From the IMG/VR virus record IMGVR_UViG_3300026521_000636: a stretch of DNA of 64,000 nt; one strand, given 5' to 3'. The translations under genes were made by a program, and so were the position numbers. Positions within the stretch are counted from its first letter, which is position 1. The number at the start of each line of letters is the position of its first letter. The stretch is from an uncultured virus (IMG/VR IMGVR_UViG_3300026521_000636) (Duplodnaviria; Heunggongvirae; Uroviricota; Caudoviricetes). The notes under the pieces are model-generated. The model was not told the origin of the DNA, made no database searches, and worked only from the letters and a program-made list of their open reading frames with translations. Shown here one piece after another: positions 1 through 9,270 of the stretch.

Positions 1-68
1 TGATTTTTTTAAATAAAAATATTGTATATCCTTACTGGGAAACATACCCAAATTATTGATAAATTCCA

Positions 69-311
69 TTATATTTCCTGGATTATTATAGTATTCATAC
101 CTAAATAAGAGATACTATATTTTCTCATTAGAGATGGTATAGAATTCATATCATCAACTATATTTTTAACTCTTTTCGATGGTAATGATACATCAATTTC
201 GTACCCATTTGACTTTTTAAAGTATTTAACTTTTAAATTATTATTTTTAAAATATTCTTCAATATCACTTATTTTAGATTCATTTATCTTCAATATATTC
301 TTTAATAGCAT
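69..311 (-). CDS. hypothetical protein
   Basis: 80-aa ORF with AAGG RBS; late-like AATAAATA upstream. Confidence 0.6.
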   Translation of the reverse strand: MLLKNILKINESKISDIEEYFKNNNLKVKYFKKSNGYEIDVSLPSKRVKNIVDDMNSIPSLMRKYSISYLGMNTIIIQEI

Positions 312-420
312 AGTATTTTAACCTTTTTTTCTTTTATTTATTAAAAAATTACTTTTTAGTACCAAAATTATAATTAATTTTGTAAAGTAATCTAAAAGAA
401 CTATATTTTAAAGGCATAAT

Positions 421-975
421 ATGATAATTAAAAAACATAGAAATAATTTAAATCTATTGAACTGCTCTAAAGAAGAAATGGAAAAGATACTTACTTTTCT
501 AGAAAATGATATGGATACTTCACTAAAAATAGAAGAATATCCGACATGGGATAAATGGAGTGATCATATTAATATTATGGATCATGCCAATTCTTTAGGC
601 GATATTTCCGAATTTAAACGTTCGGGAGTATATAAAATATACCATAAGAAAAAACTTATATATATTGGTGAAACTAGATGTGATGGTTCATTAAGTACTA
701 AAGATCATAAAGTTAGAAATGGTATGTGGGCTAGAAGAGGAGATTTTAGAAGTACAGCGTTAAGTAATGGGACTGTTAAAAACCCATATGGTAATGCTTT
801 ATCATTTCTTGAAAAGTTTGGGGTAGATGAATTAAAAAATGTAACTCATAGATTCCATGTTGTATCACCAGAATTTTGTCTTGAAGCTGAAACAGATTTA
901 TTACAGCAATATTATGATAAACACAAAACATTACCAATATTACAAACCGAAATCGATTATAAGCGTGTTCAGTAA
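421..975 (+). CDS. GIY-YIG-like nuclease domain protein
   Basis: SGVYKI...LIYIGET motif, downstream conserved R and E. Confidence 0.55.
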   Translation: MIIKKHRNNLNLLNCSKEEMEKILTFLENDMDTSLKIEEYPTWDKWSDHINIMDHANSLGDISEFKRSGVYKIYHKKKLIYIGETRCDGSLSTKDHKVRNGMWARRGDFRSTALSNGTVKNPYGNALSFLEKFGVDELKNVTHRFHVVSPEFCLEAETDLLQQYYDKHKTLPILQTEIDYKRVQ

Positions 976-1023
976 TTTTTAAATAAAATGTAAAATATTA
1001 CTATAATCAATTAAAGGCTTAAA

Positions 1024-2049
1024 ATGAAATATGAATGTATAATGGATTTTGCATTAACCGATAATAAGGTTGGCGATATAGTAAATATTGAAAAAACGAA
1101 TGCCGGATACTTAGTAAATGATATTGAAATATTAGATTCTGAATCAACATACAAATATTTTAAAAAAAGAAAAATCCCAGGTTTTAACCATGCACCATTT
1201 AGCCATTCAAAAATGGAGACATGGGCTAGTTGTCCTAAAAAATTTGAATTTAATTACATCATTCGTCCACCTAGGGAATCTACACCCAACCCTATTTTAG
1301 AAAAAGGAACTTTATTTCACGCTGTTTTAGAGTTTGATATGGTAGATAAACTTGATGATTTTGATATTCCTGATAATTTTGAGGCTCTGTCTCGTGATGA
1401 TTGTGGAAAAATTATTACTCAAGCATTAGAATTTTCAGAAAATTCAGAAATTTACCAATGGATTAAAAATCTAAAAGGTAAAAAAGTACCAGAACAAGAA
1501 ATGTTCCTTGGACCAAATCTTGAACCTGTAGAATGTTTAGAAGATTCTTTAATACGAGGCTTTATAGACTTAATAATTTGGGATGATGAAACTGGTTCGT
1601 GTTATATATTTGATTGGAAAACAGGCGGCAAATCAAAAGAGGCTCTAAAAAAGTGGCCTAAATCAAAAGACCAATTAGAATTATATGCCATTTGGGCTCA
1701 TGAAGTTTATGGTGCTAGTTATATAGAAACTGCGTTTGTTTATGTAGAACATAATCATATGGCTAAATATACATTTGAATCTAAAGATATTCCTATACTC
1801 AAAAAAAAGTTTTTAAATAAAATAAATAATATTGAAAAAGATAAAACTTTTAATAAATCTATATCACAACTTTGTGCATGGTGCGATTTTAAAGAATTAT
1901 GCTTAGGTATTCCAGCAGATAAAAATCCAAGAGAAATAACTAAGGATGAAATATTTTCCGCAGCTAAAGGTACACCTAAAAAAAATAAATCAAATTCTAA
2001 AAATACTGCTTTCTTAAATAAAATTAGAAAAGGTCGAAATAAAGAATGA
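1024..2049 (+). CDS. PD-(D/E)XK (Cas4/RecB-like) exonuclease
   Basis: FSHSK..W..CP, GTLFH, RGFIDL..FDWKTG, QLELYA, C-terminal CAWCDFKELC. Confidence 0.85.
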   Translation: MKYECIMDFALTDNKVGDIVNIEKTNAGYLVNDIEILDSESTYKYFKKRKIPGFNHAPFSHSKMETWASCPKKFEFNYIIRPPRESTPNPILEKGTLFHAVLEFDMVDKLDDFDIPDNFEALSRDDCGKIITQALEFSENSEIYQWIKNLKGKKVPEQEMFLGPNLEPVECLEDSLIRGFIDLIIWDDETGSCYIFDWKTGGKSKEALKKWPKSKDQLELYAIWAHEVYGASYIETAFVYVEHNHMAKYTFESKDIPILKKKFLNKINNIEKDKTFNKSISQLCAWCDFKELCLGIPADKNPREITKDEIFSAAKGTPKKNKSNSKNTAFLNKIRKGRNKE

Positions 2050-2654
2050 AACTCGAAACATTAATTTCAACAGTTAAAGATAAAATTATATACAAAATGG
2101 ATTTCTATCAATCTATTATTATTATTAATGTTCCAAAGCAAAAAATTTTAAATAAAGGTACTATAATTTTTTTGCTAAATAAACAATCAGGTGTATTATC
2201 TGGAGAATGGTTTAATAATAAAAATAGCAATATAAAATTATTTGGAATTCTAAATAATAAATTTATAAAATCCATATTAAAAAATAAAAAATTAAGATTA
2301 TTAAATAGTATCTTACCTGATGTATTAGTCAATAAAGATTTTATAATAGAATATAAATTTCTTTCACCAGAAGAGAAAAAATTATTGAAAGAGTATATAA
2401 TATCTTCTGAAGAACAAATACACAACAAGTATATGACATTTGATAATAAATTTAATAAAGTCTCTTGGGAACAAAGCATTAAACTATCTTCTAACTATTT
2501 TGTAGAATGGTGTAAAGATAGCTCAAATATACAAGATTGTATTAAAAATGCAATCAACATTGCTAATAAAAATTTAGATATAAATTTAAAACGCAGAGCA
2601 ATTTTAAATAAATGTTTTATAGATATTAGAAAATGGAGAGAAAAAAATGGCTAA
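2046..2654 (+). CDS. hypothetical protein
   Basis: 202-aa ORF overlapping both neighbours in an operon. Confidence 0.7.
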   Translation: MKLETLISTVKDKIIYKMDFYQSIIIINVPKQKILNKGTIIFLLNKQSGVLSGEWFNNKNSNIKLFGILNNKFIKSILKNKKLRLLNSILPDVLVNKDFIIEYKFLSPEEKKLLKEYIISSEEQIHNKYMTFDNKFNKVSWEQSIKLSSNYFVEWCKDSSNIQDCIKNAINIANKNLDINLKRRAILNKCFIDIRKWREKNG

Positions 2655-3195
2655 AAAAAAGAAAAATATACCTATCCATATTACAAAACGTGATTCATCA
2701 ACATTTGTTTTAAATAAGATTTCGTCTAGTATGTTATATCATGTACAACAAAAATTCGCATATTTACCACCAGGTTATAAATTTCAACCTAGATTTAGAC
2801 TTATGGGTATTAAAGGTGTACAAGTTAAGCTAGTACACGCAGATGGTTCATTCCCAATGGGATTATTTTCAGAAGTTGTAGAATATTTAACAGAGGTGCA
2901 AAAAAAGAAAGTTACTATGAGCAGTGAAGTAATGGAACATTTTTTACCACTAACTGATTTTTTTGAAGATGGTATAAAAGATGATATATTCTCAGACTAT
3001 GAATTCGATGGTAATCCTGTAATATTAAGAGATTATCAATTAGGTGCAGTTGAAGCCGCTTTTGAAAATAGAAACGGCTTATTAAATTTATCTACTGGTG
3101 CAGGTAAGTGCTTAGGTGGTGAAACTAAAATACGAGTAAAATTAAGTAGTGAACTAATTAAAAAATATAAAGTTATTATAAAAGGCGAATTATGA
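2647..3195 (+). CDS. N-terminal fragment of a UvsW-like SF2 helicase fused to a short N-intein
   Basis: Q-motif LRDYQ and Walker A STGAGK, immediately followed by CLGGETKIRV (intein block A) and a stop 28 aa later. Confidence 0.8.
   Translation: MAKKKKNIPIHITKRDSSTFVLNKISSSMLYHVQQKFAYLPPGYKFQPRFRLMGIKGVQVKLVHADGSFPMGLFSEVVEYLTEVQKKKVTMSSEVMEHFLPLTDFFEDGIKDDIFSDYEFDGNPVILRDYQLGAVEAAFENRNGLLNLSTGAGKCLGGETKIRVKLSSELIKKYKVIIKGEL
3109..3192 (+). other. split intein N-fragment (28 aa)
   Basis: Cys1 at the P-loop GK|S/T insertion site; CLxGETxI block A pattern. Confidence 0.7.
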
Positions 3196-3482
3196 AATTA
3201 TGGATGAATGGATATGATACGACCATAGATGATTTTCCACAAATCATCTATAAAAATAAAATTTTATCATATGAAGAACAAGCCTTTTTAACTAATAAAA
3301 TTTTTGGCTTATTTCAATTAACACATCGAGATAAATTTAAAGAAATAAATGAAATAAAATTAAATACAAATGAATTACCATTTAAAAAATTATATCAATT
3401 AATTCATTCAGATGATAAATATGAATTTGAAGCTGAATATATGGTATATCTATTAAATTATTTCTCCGTGGAACTAGATTAA
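3192..3482 (+). CDS. hypothetical protein
   Basis: ATGA-coupled 96-aa ORF. Confidence 0.65.
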   Translation: MKLWMNGYDTTIDDFPQIIYKNKILSYEEQAFLTNKIFGLFQLTHRDKFKEINEIKLNTNELPFKKLYQLIHSDDKYEFEAEYMVYLLNYFSVELD

Positions 3483-3685
3483 TGATAACTGAAATTATAA
3501 GATTTAACTGTCATGTATTAAAGGTAAATAAATATAACAAAATAACTCCTGATGAATTGTTATTAGAATATAAAACTCGTAACAACCTTATTTTAGAAAA
3601 TACGGAAGTATATGTTGAAAGCTGTAAATGGGCTGCTGGAAGTACTAGTACTATTATAACAAAAGTGAAAAGGATAGAAAAATGA
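3482..3685 (+). CDS. hypothetical protein
   Basis: TAATG-coupled 67-aa ORF. Confidence 0.6.
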   Translation: MITEIIRFNCHVLKVNKYNKITPDELLLEYKTRNNLILENTEVYVESCKWAAGSTSTIITKVKRIEK

Positions 3686-4131
3686 CTTATGCTCAAAATA
3701 AAAAGGCTAGATTTAATTATGAAATCATAGAAATATTTGAAGCAGGGATTGTACTAACAGGTGGTGAAGTAAAATCTGTAAGAGATAGTACAATTTCTCT
3801 TAAAGAAAGCTATGTTAAAATAAAAAATAATGAATTATTTTTAACTCAAGCTCATGTTTCAGTCCCTACATACATACCATCATATGCAGTATTTGATGAA
3901 GTCCAAGATAGAAAATTGTTAATGCATAAAAGAGAGATTTTAAAACTTAAAAATAAATTGAAAGAACAGGGTTTGACTTTAATTGTATTATCAATTTATC
4001 AACGTGAAGGCACAAAAAAGATAAAAGTACAGTTGGCATTAGCTAGAGGTAAAAAATTATATAATAAAAAACAAACTATCAAAGAACGTGATATTAAACG
4101 AGATATGGAAAGAACATTAAAAAAATTCTAA
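3682..4131 (+). CDS. smpB: SsrA-binding protein SmpB
   Basis: NKKARFNYEI..FEAGIVLTGGEVKSVR, RKLLMHKREI, LARGKKLY.K...IKERD. Confidence 0.97.
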   Translation: MTYAQNKKARFNYEIIEIFEAGIVLTGGEVKSVRDSTISLKESYVKIKNNELFLTQAHVSVPTYIPSYAVFDEVQDRKLLMHKREILKLKNKLKEQGLTLIVLSIYQREGTKKIKVQLALARGKKLYNKKQTIKERDIKRDMERTLKKF

Positions 4132-4135
4132 TAGG

Positions 4136-4143
4136 TATAAATA
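4136..4143 (+). promoter_or_regulatory. T4-like late promoter TATAAATA (representative copy)
   Basis: Exact TATAAATA 12-30 nt upstream of genes also at 19019(+), 28289(+), 12962(-), 25168(-), 29543(-), 30211(-). Confidence 0.65.
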
Positions 4144-4171
4144 ATTATAAAATAATCTTAGGAGCAATAAA

Positions 4172-4465
4172 ATGGCAAGAAAGAAAAAGATTCAAGAAGA
4201 AGTAGAAGTACCAGTTGTTGAAGTAACTGATGAAGAGATTCAAGAAGAAGTAGAAGTAGAAGTAGAAGTACCAGTTGTTGAAGTAACTGATGAAGAGATT
4301 CAAGAAGAAGTAACTGATGATTTTGATAATATTGCAATTACTGATTATGCTATGGTATCAAATGAATTAGCAAAAAAAATACTTGAGAAAAAAGGTAAAA
4401 AAGTATTATTTGAAGAGCCAGAAGACGTTCAATCTAGCTTTCATATGAAACCATTAAAAAAATAA
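4172..4465 (+). CDS. acidic low-complexity protein with internal duplication
   Basis: AGGAG RBS, late promoter, EVEVPVVEVTDEEIQEE repeated. Confidence 0.75.
   Translation: MARKKKIQEEVEVPVVEVTDEEIQEEVEVEVEVPVVEVTDEEIQEEVTDDFDNIAITDYAMVSNELAKKILEKKGKKVLFEEPEDVQSSFHMKPLKK
4201..4312 (+). repeat. intragenic direct repeat, 52 nt identical at 60-nt period
   Basis: 4201-4252 is identical to 4261-4312. Confidence 0.9.
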
Positions 4466-4674
4466 TTTTTTATTGTAAAATAAAATTATATTAAATAAAA
4501 AAATGACTTTAAATTTTTAAGTGTTTAGTCATCACTTCATTAAATCAAAATATATTATGTTAGTCTCTGTATGTTAATAATAAAGTATATTCGTTAATAT
4601 ACGGAGGTTAATCCTCAAAAATATTTTTATAGACTTAAAAAATAATTGTGTTAGTCTATCACAAAGGAAAAATC

Positions 4675-5463
4675 ATGTATAACAAAAAATTAATAGCTTG
4701 TATAAAAGCTGATGGTAAAATTTTAAGAGAACAGGGTGAAAACGTATATCTCCCATTTGGTACAGAGTACCAAATTTTTCTTAAAAATGAAAACGATAGA
4801 AAGGTTGAAATATCCATAACTATTGATGGTGAAGATGTTTTAAATGGTAGTAAACTATTATTATCTCCAGGTAAAAATATGGAACTAAAAGGTTTTATTA
4901 GAGATATAAATGGTGGTGAAGATAATAGAGCTTTTAAATTTATAGAAAAAACTCAAGAGATTAGTGAATTTAGAGGTGATAAACCAGAAGATGGTCTTGT
5001 TAAAATTACTTATCAATTTGAACAAGAATCTATTACTAATAAACTTAGGGATTTTTGGTATTCTGATGATAGAATATATACAAATCATACTAACCCAAGT
5101 TTTGGACCTGGATTTATTGAAACATCGACTACACCTACATATGGAACAACAAGTATATCATCAAATGAAGTATTTTGTAGTACTGAGATGGTATCCAACA
5201 ATATTAGTACAAATGCTTTAAGAAATAATGATATGGGTATTACCGTAGAAGGTACTGCTACTAATCAAAAATTCCAAGAAGGTAATATCGGATATTTAGA
5301 AAATGAAACACATTCGATAATTCTTAAGCTAGTTGGTGTAAATGGTAATGAAAAGATTTCTGAACCTATAACTGTCAAAACAAAAAAGCAATGTCCATCT
5401 TGTGGACGAAAATATAAAAGTTCATTTCAATATTGTCCACAAGATGGGACATATTTAAGATGA
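4675..5463 (+). CDS. hypothetical protein with C-terminal zinc ribbon
   Basis: ATG at 4675 follows AAGGA RBS (preferred over GTG 4648); CPSC...CPQD at the C-terminus. Confidence 0.8.
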   Translation: MYNKKLIACIKADGKILREQGENVYLPFGTEYQIFLKNENDRKVEISITIDGEDVLNGSKLLLSPGKNMELKGFIRDINGGEDNRAFKFIEKTQEISEFRGDKPEDGLVKITYQFEQESITNKLRDFWYSDDRIYTNHTNPSFGPGFIETSTTPTYGTTSISSNEVFCSTEMVSNNISTNALRNNDMGITVEGTATNQKFQEGNIGYLENETHSIILKLVGVNGNEKISEPITVKTKKQCPSCGRKYKSSFQYCPQDGTYLR

Positions 5464-5490
5464 TTTGTATAATATATAAAAAGGATCAAA

Positions 5491-5757
5491 ATGAGTTATA
5501 AATTAGATTTATTAAATTCTACAAATAATAGTTTTTTGGGTTATATTGGTGCAGCTGTTTTAGGATACATTCTAAGTCTAATGTTTAATTTGGTATTATC
5601 CAATCAGGTGGGGACTGCCATAGTATTATATACTACCTATATGATATTTATCATAATTAGTCAAGTAATGTGTGAGAAAAATATTAAATATTTATGTCAA
5701 TTTAATGAATTTTGGTATTCTCTAGAACAATTAATCATTAATAAATTACATAGATAA
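5491..5757 (+). CDS. small membrane protein
   Basis: Two hydrophobic segments, AAGGA RBS. Confidence 0.7.
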   Translation: MSYKLDLLNSTNNSFLGYIGAAVLGYILSLMFNLVLSNQVGTAIVLYTTYMIFIIISQVMCEKNIKYLCQFNEFWYSLEQLIINKLHR

Positions 5758-5765
5758 AATTTAAT

Positions 5766-6185
5766 ATGGCGTTAATTCAGAATCAATTCTATTCACAAAT
5801 ATCATTAGCAACAATTAGTAAAATTGCTAAAAAACAACCATATAAACAGAAATTAGAATTTTGGGAATGTGATGTTAGATTTAATTTAAAAAATTCCAAT
5901 TTTAATTTTGAAGTTATAGAGCCAAAAATTAATTTTGCTTTATATTCCGATAATACAAATAATGTGACTTTTGATAATACAGTTTATAATACTGAATTAA
6001 AACGTTTCTGGACAAAAGAAGAAGCTGAAAATTTTATTATTTTCAGCTTAATGCAAGTTTTTAAACCATTAAACAATTATATTTTAAATAATAAAATTGA
6101 TAAAAAATTTACAAATATAATCGAAAACAACCCTGACAAAATATTAAAAGAAATAGAATCTGGATATAAATGGTTTATTAATTAA
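5766..6185 (+). CDS. hypothetical protein
   Basis: 139-aa ORF in operon. Confidence 0.65.
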   Translation: MALIQNQFYSQISLATISKIAKKQPYKQKLEFWECDVRFNLKNSNFNFEVIEPKINFALYSDNTNNVTFDNTVYNTELKRFWTKEEAENFIIFSLMQVFKPLNNYILNNKIDKKFTNIIENNPDKILKEIESGYKWFIN

Positions 6186-6188
6186 TTT

Positions 6189-6210
6189 TTAAGTTTATTT
6201 CTTTTATAAT
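6189..6210 (+). promoter_or_regulatory. TTAAG-N11-TATAAT promoter class (representative copy)
   Basis: Same 11-nt spacing at 12971, 15943, 20485, 22731, 28823, 53017 (+) and 44011-44032 (-). Confidence 0.65.
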
Positions 6211-6239
6211 TATGTATAAAATTATATAAGGAATATTAT

Positions 6240-7493
6240 ATGGCTATTTTACAGCTCCATTCTGATGATCCAAATTTTGGATACATTATCAAAAAAAACC
6301 CAAATTCATCTATGCAAATAAGAAGTATACGTAAAGGTACTGCTTTTACATGGTATTCTCATAATGGTACCGACTTTAATATTTATTTTAAAGATGCTGA
6401 TAATGATGTATCGTTTGGATCGCAAGAATTCGATTATCTAAATATTTCTAAATATAATTCACCGATGTTTATTATCAATGCAATAAGTGAGTTTTTTTCA
6501 AGTACTGTTAGAGAAGAATCAGAATTAGATATAAAAAGTTCAAAATATTTTTATATTAACTTACTTGAAATCAAAAGAATAAAACAATTAATGGATTTTA
6601 AGAAATATTTCCCTGATTTTGAAATTGAAATTACCGAACAAGTTGGGAAAAATTATACTATTAAAGTAATAACTGAAAATAGTTGGTTTATGTTATTAAA
6701 TTATATTAATCTTATGATGATTTTTATTGCATTATCAAGTAACGACTACGTACATTTAGATAGTTCAAATATTGAAAAATATCTAAATGCTATGAATCGA
6801 TTGGATGCACCATTTTTTATACGTTATTTAGTAAGTAGAAATCTTATTAAAAGTAAAAACCAATTTAAAAAATATAAACAATTACTTGAAAAATCAAAAA
6901 GATATAATATCAATATGGCATATGGTAATACGGCTATGCAACGGAAAGACAAAATAGAACGTTTATTATCATTTGATAAATCGATTCTTGATATTGGGTG
7001 TGGAGAAGGTTTTTATGCTATAGATTTTTCTAAAAAAATAGAAAAATATTCTTATAATGCCATTGACATTAATCCTAATCTATTAGAGTCGATCAAGATA
7101 AAAGCTTCAAAAAAAGAAATTACAAATATTAATCTCTTTAATAGTCTAGAAGATTTTATAAAGATTTACAATGATGAGTTAGTAGATATAATACTAACTG
7201 AAGTTATTGAACACATGCCAAAAGATGAATCAAAAAGATTAATAGAGACAGTATTGATGTCTATTAATTTTAATACATTCATTATTACCGTACCAAATAA
7301 AGACTTTAATATTTTTTATGAATTAGGTGATGAAATGAGACATGATGATCATGACTGGGAACCTACATTTGATGAATTTAAAAATTTTATAGCTAATTTT
7401 AATAATGATGGTTTATCTTTTGAATTTATAGAAATAGGTGATACTATCGATGGTATCTCTACAAGTATCGGTTGTATAATTAAAAAGGTATAA
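6240..7493 (+). CDS. hen1: Hen1 RNA 3'-terminal 2'-O-methyltransferase
   Basis: N-terminal Hen1-L-like start (FGYIIKKNP); SAM motif ILDIGCGEG, EVIEH, VPNKDFN, RHDDHDWE. Confidence 0.9.
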   Translation: MAILQLHSDDPNFGYIIKKNPNSSMQIRSIRKGTAFTWYSHNGTDFNIYFKDADNDVSFGSQEFDYLNISKYNSPMFIINAISEFFSSTVREESELDIKSSKYFYINLLEIKRIKQLMDFKKYFPDFEIEITEQVGKNYTIKVITENSWFMLLNYINLMMIFIALSSNDYVHLDSSNIEKYLNAMNRLDAPFFIRYLVSRNLIKSKNQFKKYKQLLEKSKRYNINMAYGNTAMQRKDKIERLLSFDKSILDIGCGEGFYAIDFSKKIEKYSYNAIDINPNLLESIKIKASKKEITNINLFNSLEDFIKIYNDELVDIILTEVIEHMPKDESKRLIETVLMSINFNTFIITVPNKDFNIFYELGDEMRHDDHDWEPTFDEFKNFIANFNNDGLSFEFIEIGDTIDGISTSIGCIIKKV

Positions 7494-7495
7494 AA

Positions 7496-8380
7496 ATGCT
7501 ATTAACATTTGGAGGATATGGTGGTGAATATTGCTGTGGTGAACTCAGTAAGCTTCATATTAACAATATAAAAGAACTACTTAGACGTTTTGAATACGAA
7601 GATATTATTGGACATTTCGATACAATTTTTAGTAGTAGTGGATGGGAAAGACAATATTATGATTTTGATGATATTGAACATATTTCTAGCTGTGCCATTG
7701 ATGGTAGTATTTCTATTAATCCTAATGAACGCGAACATACAAAGTATGATTCTATTAATATTAGTGATTTAACTATCAATATCAATGATGATGACTTTTT
7801 ATCTGATGGTTGGTATATTTCATCAGCTTCCATAGAAAAAGGTATTTTTTTTGAAGCAGAAATTTTAGATGATGTCAATGAATTTAATAAAGATTTACTG
7901 ATCATAGATGCAAAAGATACAGATTATATTGGTACTGGAGACATTTTAGTTACTGATGTTTTTTACAATAATAAAGTCCTCGAAATGAACTATGATGTTA
8001 TGGATACATTCGGTAAAGGTTTCTATCAAAGTATTTTTCATGTTAAAGATAGGATACATTATGACGGAAAGGAAAAACTCCTAGACGATTTTAAAAACTC
8101 TTTTAATATTATTGAAATGGTTGGTATGGATCGTGAAGATATAATCTTTGAATATTTAGAATATGTAGAAGCTGCAAATAATAAGCATTTAATAAAAGAT
8201 GATCGAATTATAGTTTGGGCTAGTCCATTCTTATATGAACATTTTGAAAAAGAAGATGTAGACCTTTTATGGATGACTGAAAAGAATATTAAATTCGCAT
8301 TGAAAAATGGTTTAAAAGATGAAATACCACCAAATATTTTTGAACGTATTATTATGAGGTTTCCAGAATGGCTAATTTAG
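7496..8380 (+). CDS. hypothetical acidic protein
   Basis: 294-aa ORF ending RFPEWLI. Confidence 0.75.
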   Translation: MLLTFGGYGGEYCCGELSKLHINNIKELLRRFEYEDIIGHFDTIFSSSGWERQYYDFDDIEHISSCAIDGSISINPNEREHTKYDSINISDLTININDDDFLSDGWYISSASIEKGIFFEAEILDDVNEFNKDLLIIDAKDTDYIGTGDILVTDVFYNNKVLEMNYDVMDTFGKGFYQSIFHVKDRIHYDGKEKLLDDFKNSFNIIEMVGMDREDIIFEYLEYVEAANNKHLIKDDRIIVWASPFLYEHFEKEDVDLLWMTEKNIKFALKNGLKDEIPPNIFERIIMRFPEWLI

Positions 8381-8658
8381 TATATGGTATTACCATTGAT
8401 AGAAAATTATTTCATGGCAAAATTATAAAATCCAGTTTGAAATCTATGATTTCTATTAAGACAGTTGATAATAGAATTTTAAATTTTCCTAAGTCTCATA
8501 AATTATTTAAAACAAAAGAAGAACGAGATATAGAAATTTTTTTAAATAATAATAATTTAAGCATAGATAAAGTTGCAGAGTTATATAATATTAACAAAAA
8601 AGAGGCAATTTTAGCTTACCAATCAGCTATTAAAAAATTTCCCGAAAAATTTATATAA
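8368..8658 (+). CDS. hypothetical protein
   Basis: 96-aa ORF ending KFPEKFI. Confidence 0.7.
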   Translation: MANLVYGITIDRKLFHGKIIKSSLKSMISIKTVDNRILNFPKSHKLFKTKEERDIEIFLNNNNLSIDKVAELYNINKKEAILAYQSAIKKFPEKFI

Positions 8659-8667
8659 AGGATCATT

Positions 8668-9261
8668 GTGAATATTAAAAGCAATATAAAATCTAACATT
8701 AAAGGTAAATCCTTAATAAGAACAAAATCTTACATTATACCGACTACTGTAACATTTCTTATAGGTTGTTTTATATGGTTATTAGATGGTAGCTGGGGAG
8801 TATATTTAACATTTTTAATTATAGGTATCATTACCCACTTTATTTATGTAGGTATAAATGAACATTCAAGATATAATCATGATCTGCATTGGGATAATGA
8901 AGCCTATTATAATTGGTTTGCCATTGTTGGTTTACCAATGATATTAATTGGTATTTTTTACCCATTTGCTATATCCCCAGCAATCCACGACTATTATCAT
9001 GCAGAACGAATTGATGAAGAAATACCTATCGACAAAAATATTTCTCTTATGTACAATGACTACCATAGTACATTTATATTAATGGTTGAAGGAGAAAAAC
9101 AACCTCTTCTAATTGATAAAGGTGGTTCTAGCGATACTTACAATCGTATGAAAGCTAGCTATCTTGATAAAAAAATAAAAGTAGTTAAAAAAAGATATAA
9201 ATCTTGGACTGATGACGAAATTCAAACAGTTTATCAGTTAGATGGTTACACATTCAAATAA
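8668..9261 (+). CDS. membrane protein
   Basis: Three hydrophobic segments; GTG start after AAGGA. Confidence 0.75.
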   Translation: MNIKSNIKSNIKGKSLIRTKSYIIPTTVTFLIGCFIWLLDGSWGVYLTFLIIGIITHFIYVGINEHSRYNHDLHWDNEAYYNWFAIVGLPMILIGIFYPFAISPAIHDYYHAERIDEEIPIDKNISLMYNDYHSTFILMVEGEKQPLLIDKGGSSDTYNRMKASYLDKKIKVVKKRYKSWTDDEIQTVYQLDGYTFK

Positions 9262-9270
9262 AGGATTTTT

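Noticed and set aside
1024..2049. Cas4-like nuclease as evidence of CRISPR-Cas
   Set aside because: There are no other cas genes or arrays; stand-alone PD-(D/E)XK exonucleases are common in phages.
3192..3685. Downstream ORFs as the C-intein or helicase remainder
   Set aside because: They have no Hint motifs, no HN-S/T/C junction and no DExH motif.
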